The notes beneath the pieces are model-generated. The model did no database searches, was not told the DNA's origin, and saw only the letters and a list, made by a program, of their open reading frames with translations. The position numbers were made by a program, and so were the translations under genes. A stretch of DNA of 63,439 nucleotides, the filler included, from Octopus bimaculoides (taxonomy: Eukaryota), in the NCBI RefSeq assembly GCF_001194135.2. It is 7 parts of 7 records of this genome, joined end to end, with 100 filler letters (N's around TTAATTAATTAA, not from the genome) between each part and the next. Parts side by side here need not be neighbours in the genome. Positions count along the whole stretch, not along the records: positions 61,171 to 63,439 come from NW_026421839.1; 6 more parts are not named here. One strand, 5' to 3'. Positions 63,269-63,439 of the stretch are shown in pieces; within the stretch, counting starts at the first letter, position 1; each line of letters begins with the position of its first letter.

Positions 63269-63439
63269 CTATGTATATATGTATGTATTTATATATATAT
63301 ATTTGTATGTATATATATACGTATGTATGTATGTACATATATATGTATGTATTTATATATGTATGTATATATATGTATGAGTATATATATGTATATTTAT
63401 ATATATACGTATGTATGTATATATATGTATGTATATATA
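63018..63439. repeat. (TA)n/(TATG)n compound microsatellite
   Basis: Direct inspection. Confidence 0.95.

Overview
This is eukaryotic genomic DNA, not prokaryotic. It is AT-rich, packed with microsatellites, and contains many N gaps, six of which are 100-bp artificial spacers (44N-TTAATTAATTAA-44N). The tRNA-derived SINE families and RTE LINEs resemble those I recall from Octopus (coleoid cephalopod) assemblies; that assignment is inference. Best-supported content: about 25 SINE copies from 4-5 modular families, several RTE LINE fragments, a decayed near-full-length Chapaev/CMC-type DNA transposon (57.8-60.2 kb), a mariner relic with an inverted partial duplication, a piggyBac-type MITE, Penelope-like relics, several foldback hairpins and a U6 snRNA pseudogene. 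No host gene can be named. Short exon chains with compatible splice phases suggest a + strand gene at 2.4-10.6 kb, a - strand mini-exon gene at 23-34.6 kb and a + strand gene from 36.5 kb onward; all are tentative. Most interesting signals: a U6 fragment fused to a SINE 3' tail, hammerhead-ribozyme-like cores in the loops of long hairpins, alternating CpG-decayed and CpG-intact domains readable from sister SINE copies, and a ratchet-point-like AG|GTGAGT site. All coordinates and translations were read by eye and need computational confirmation.
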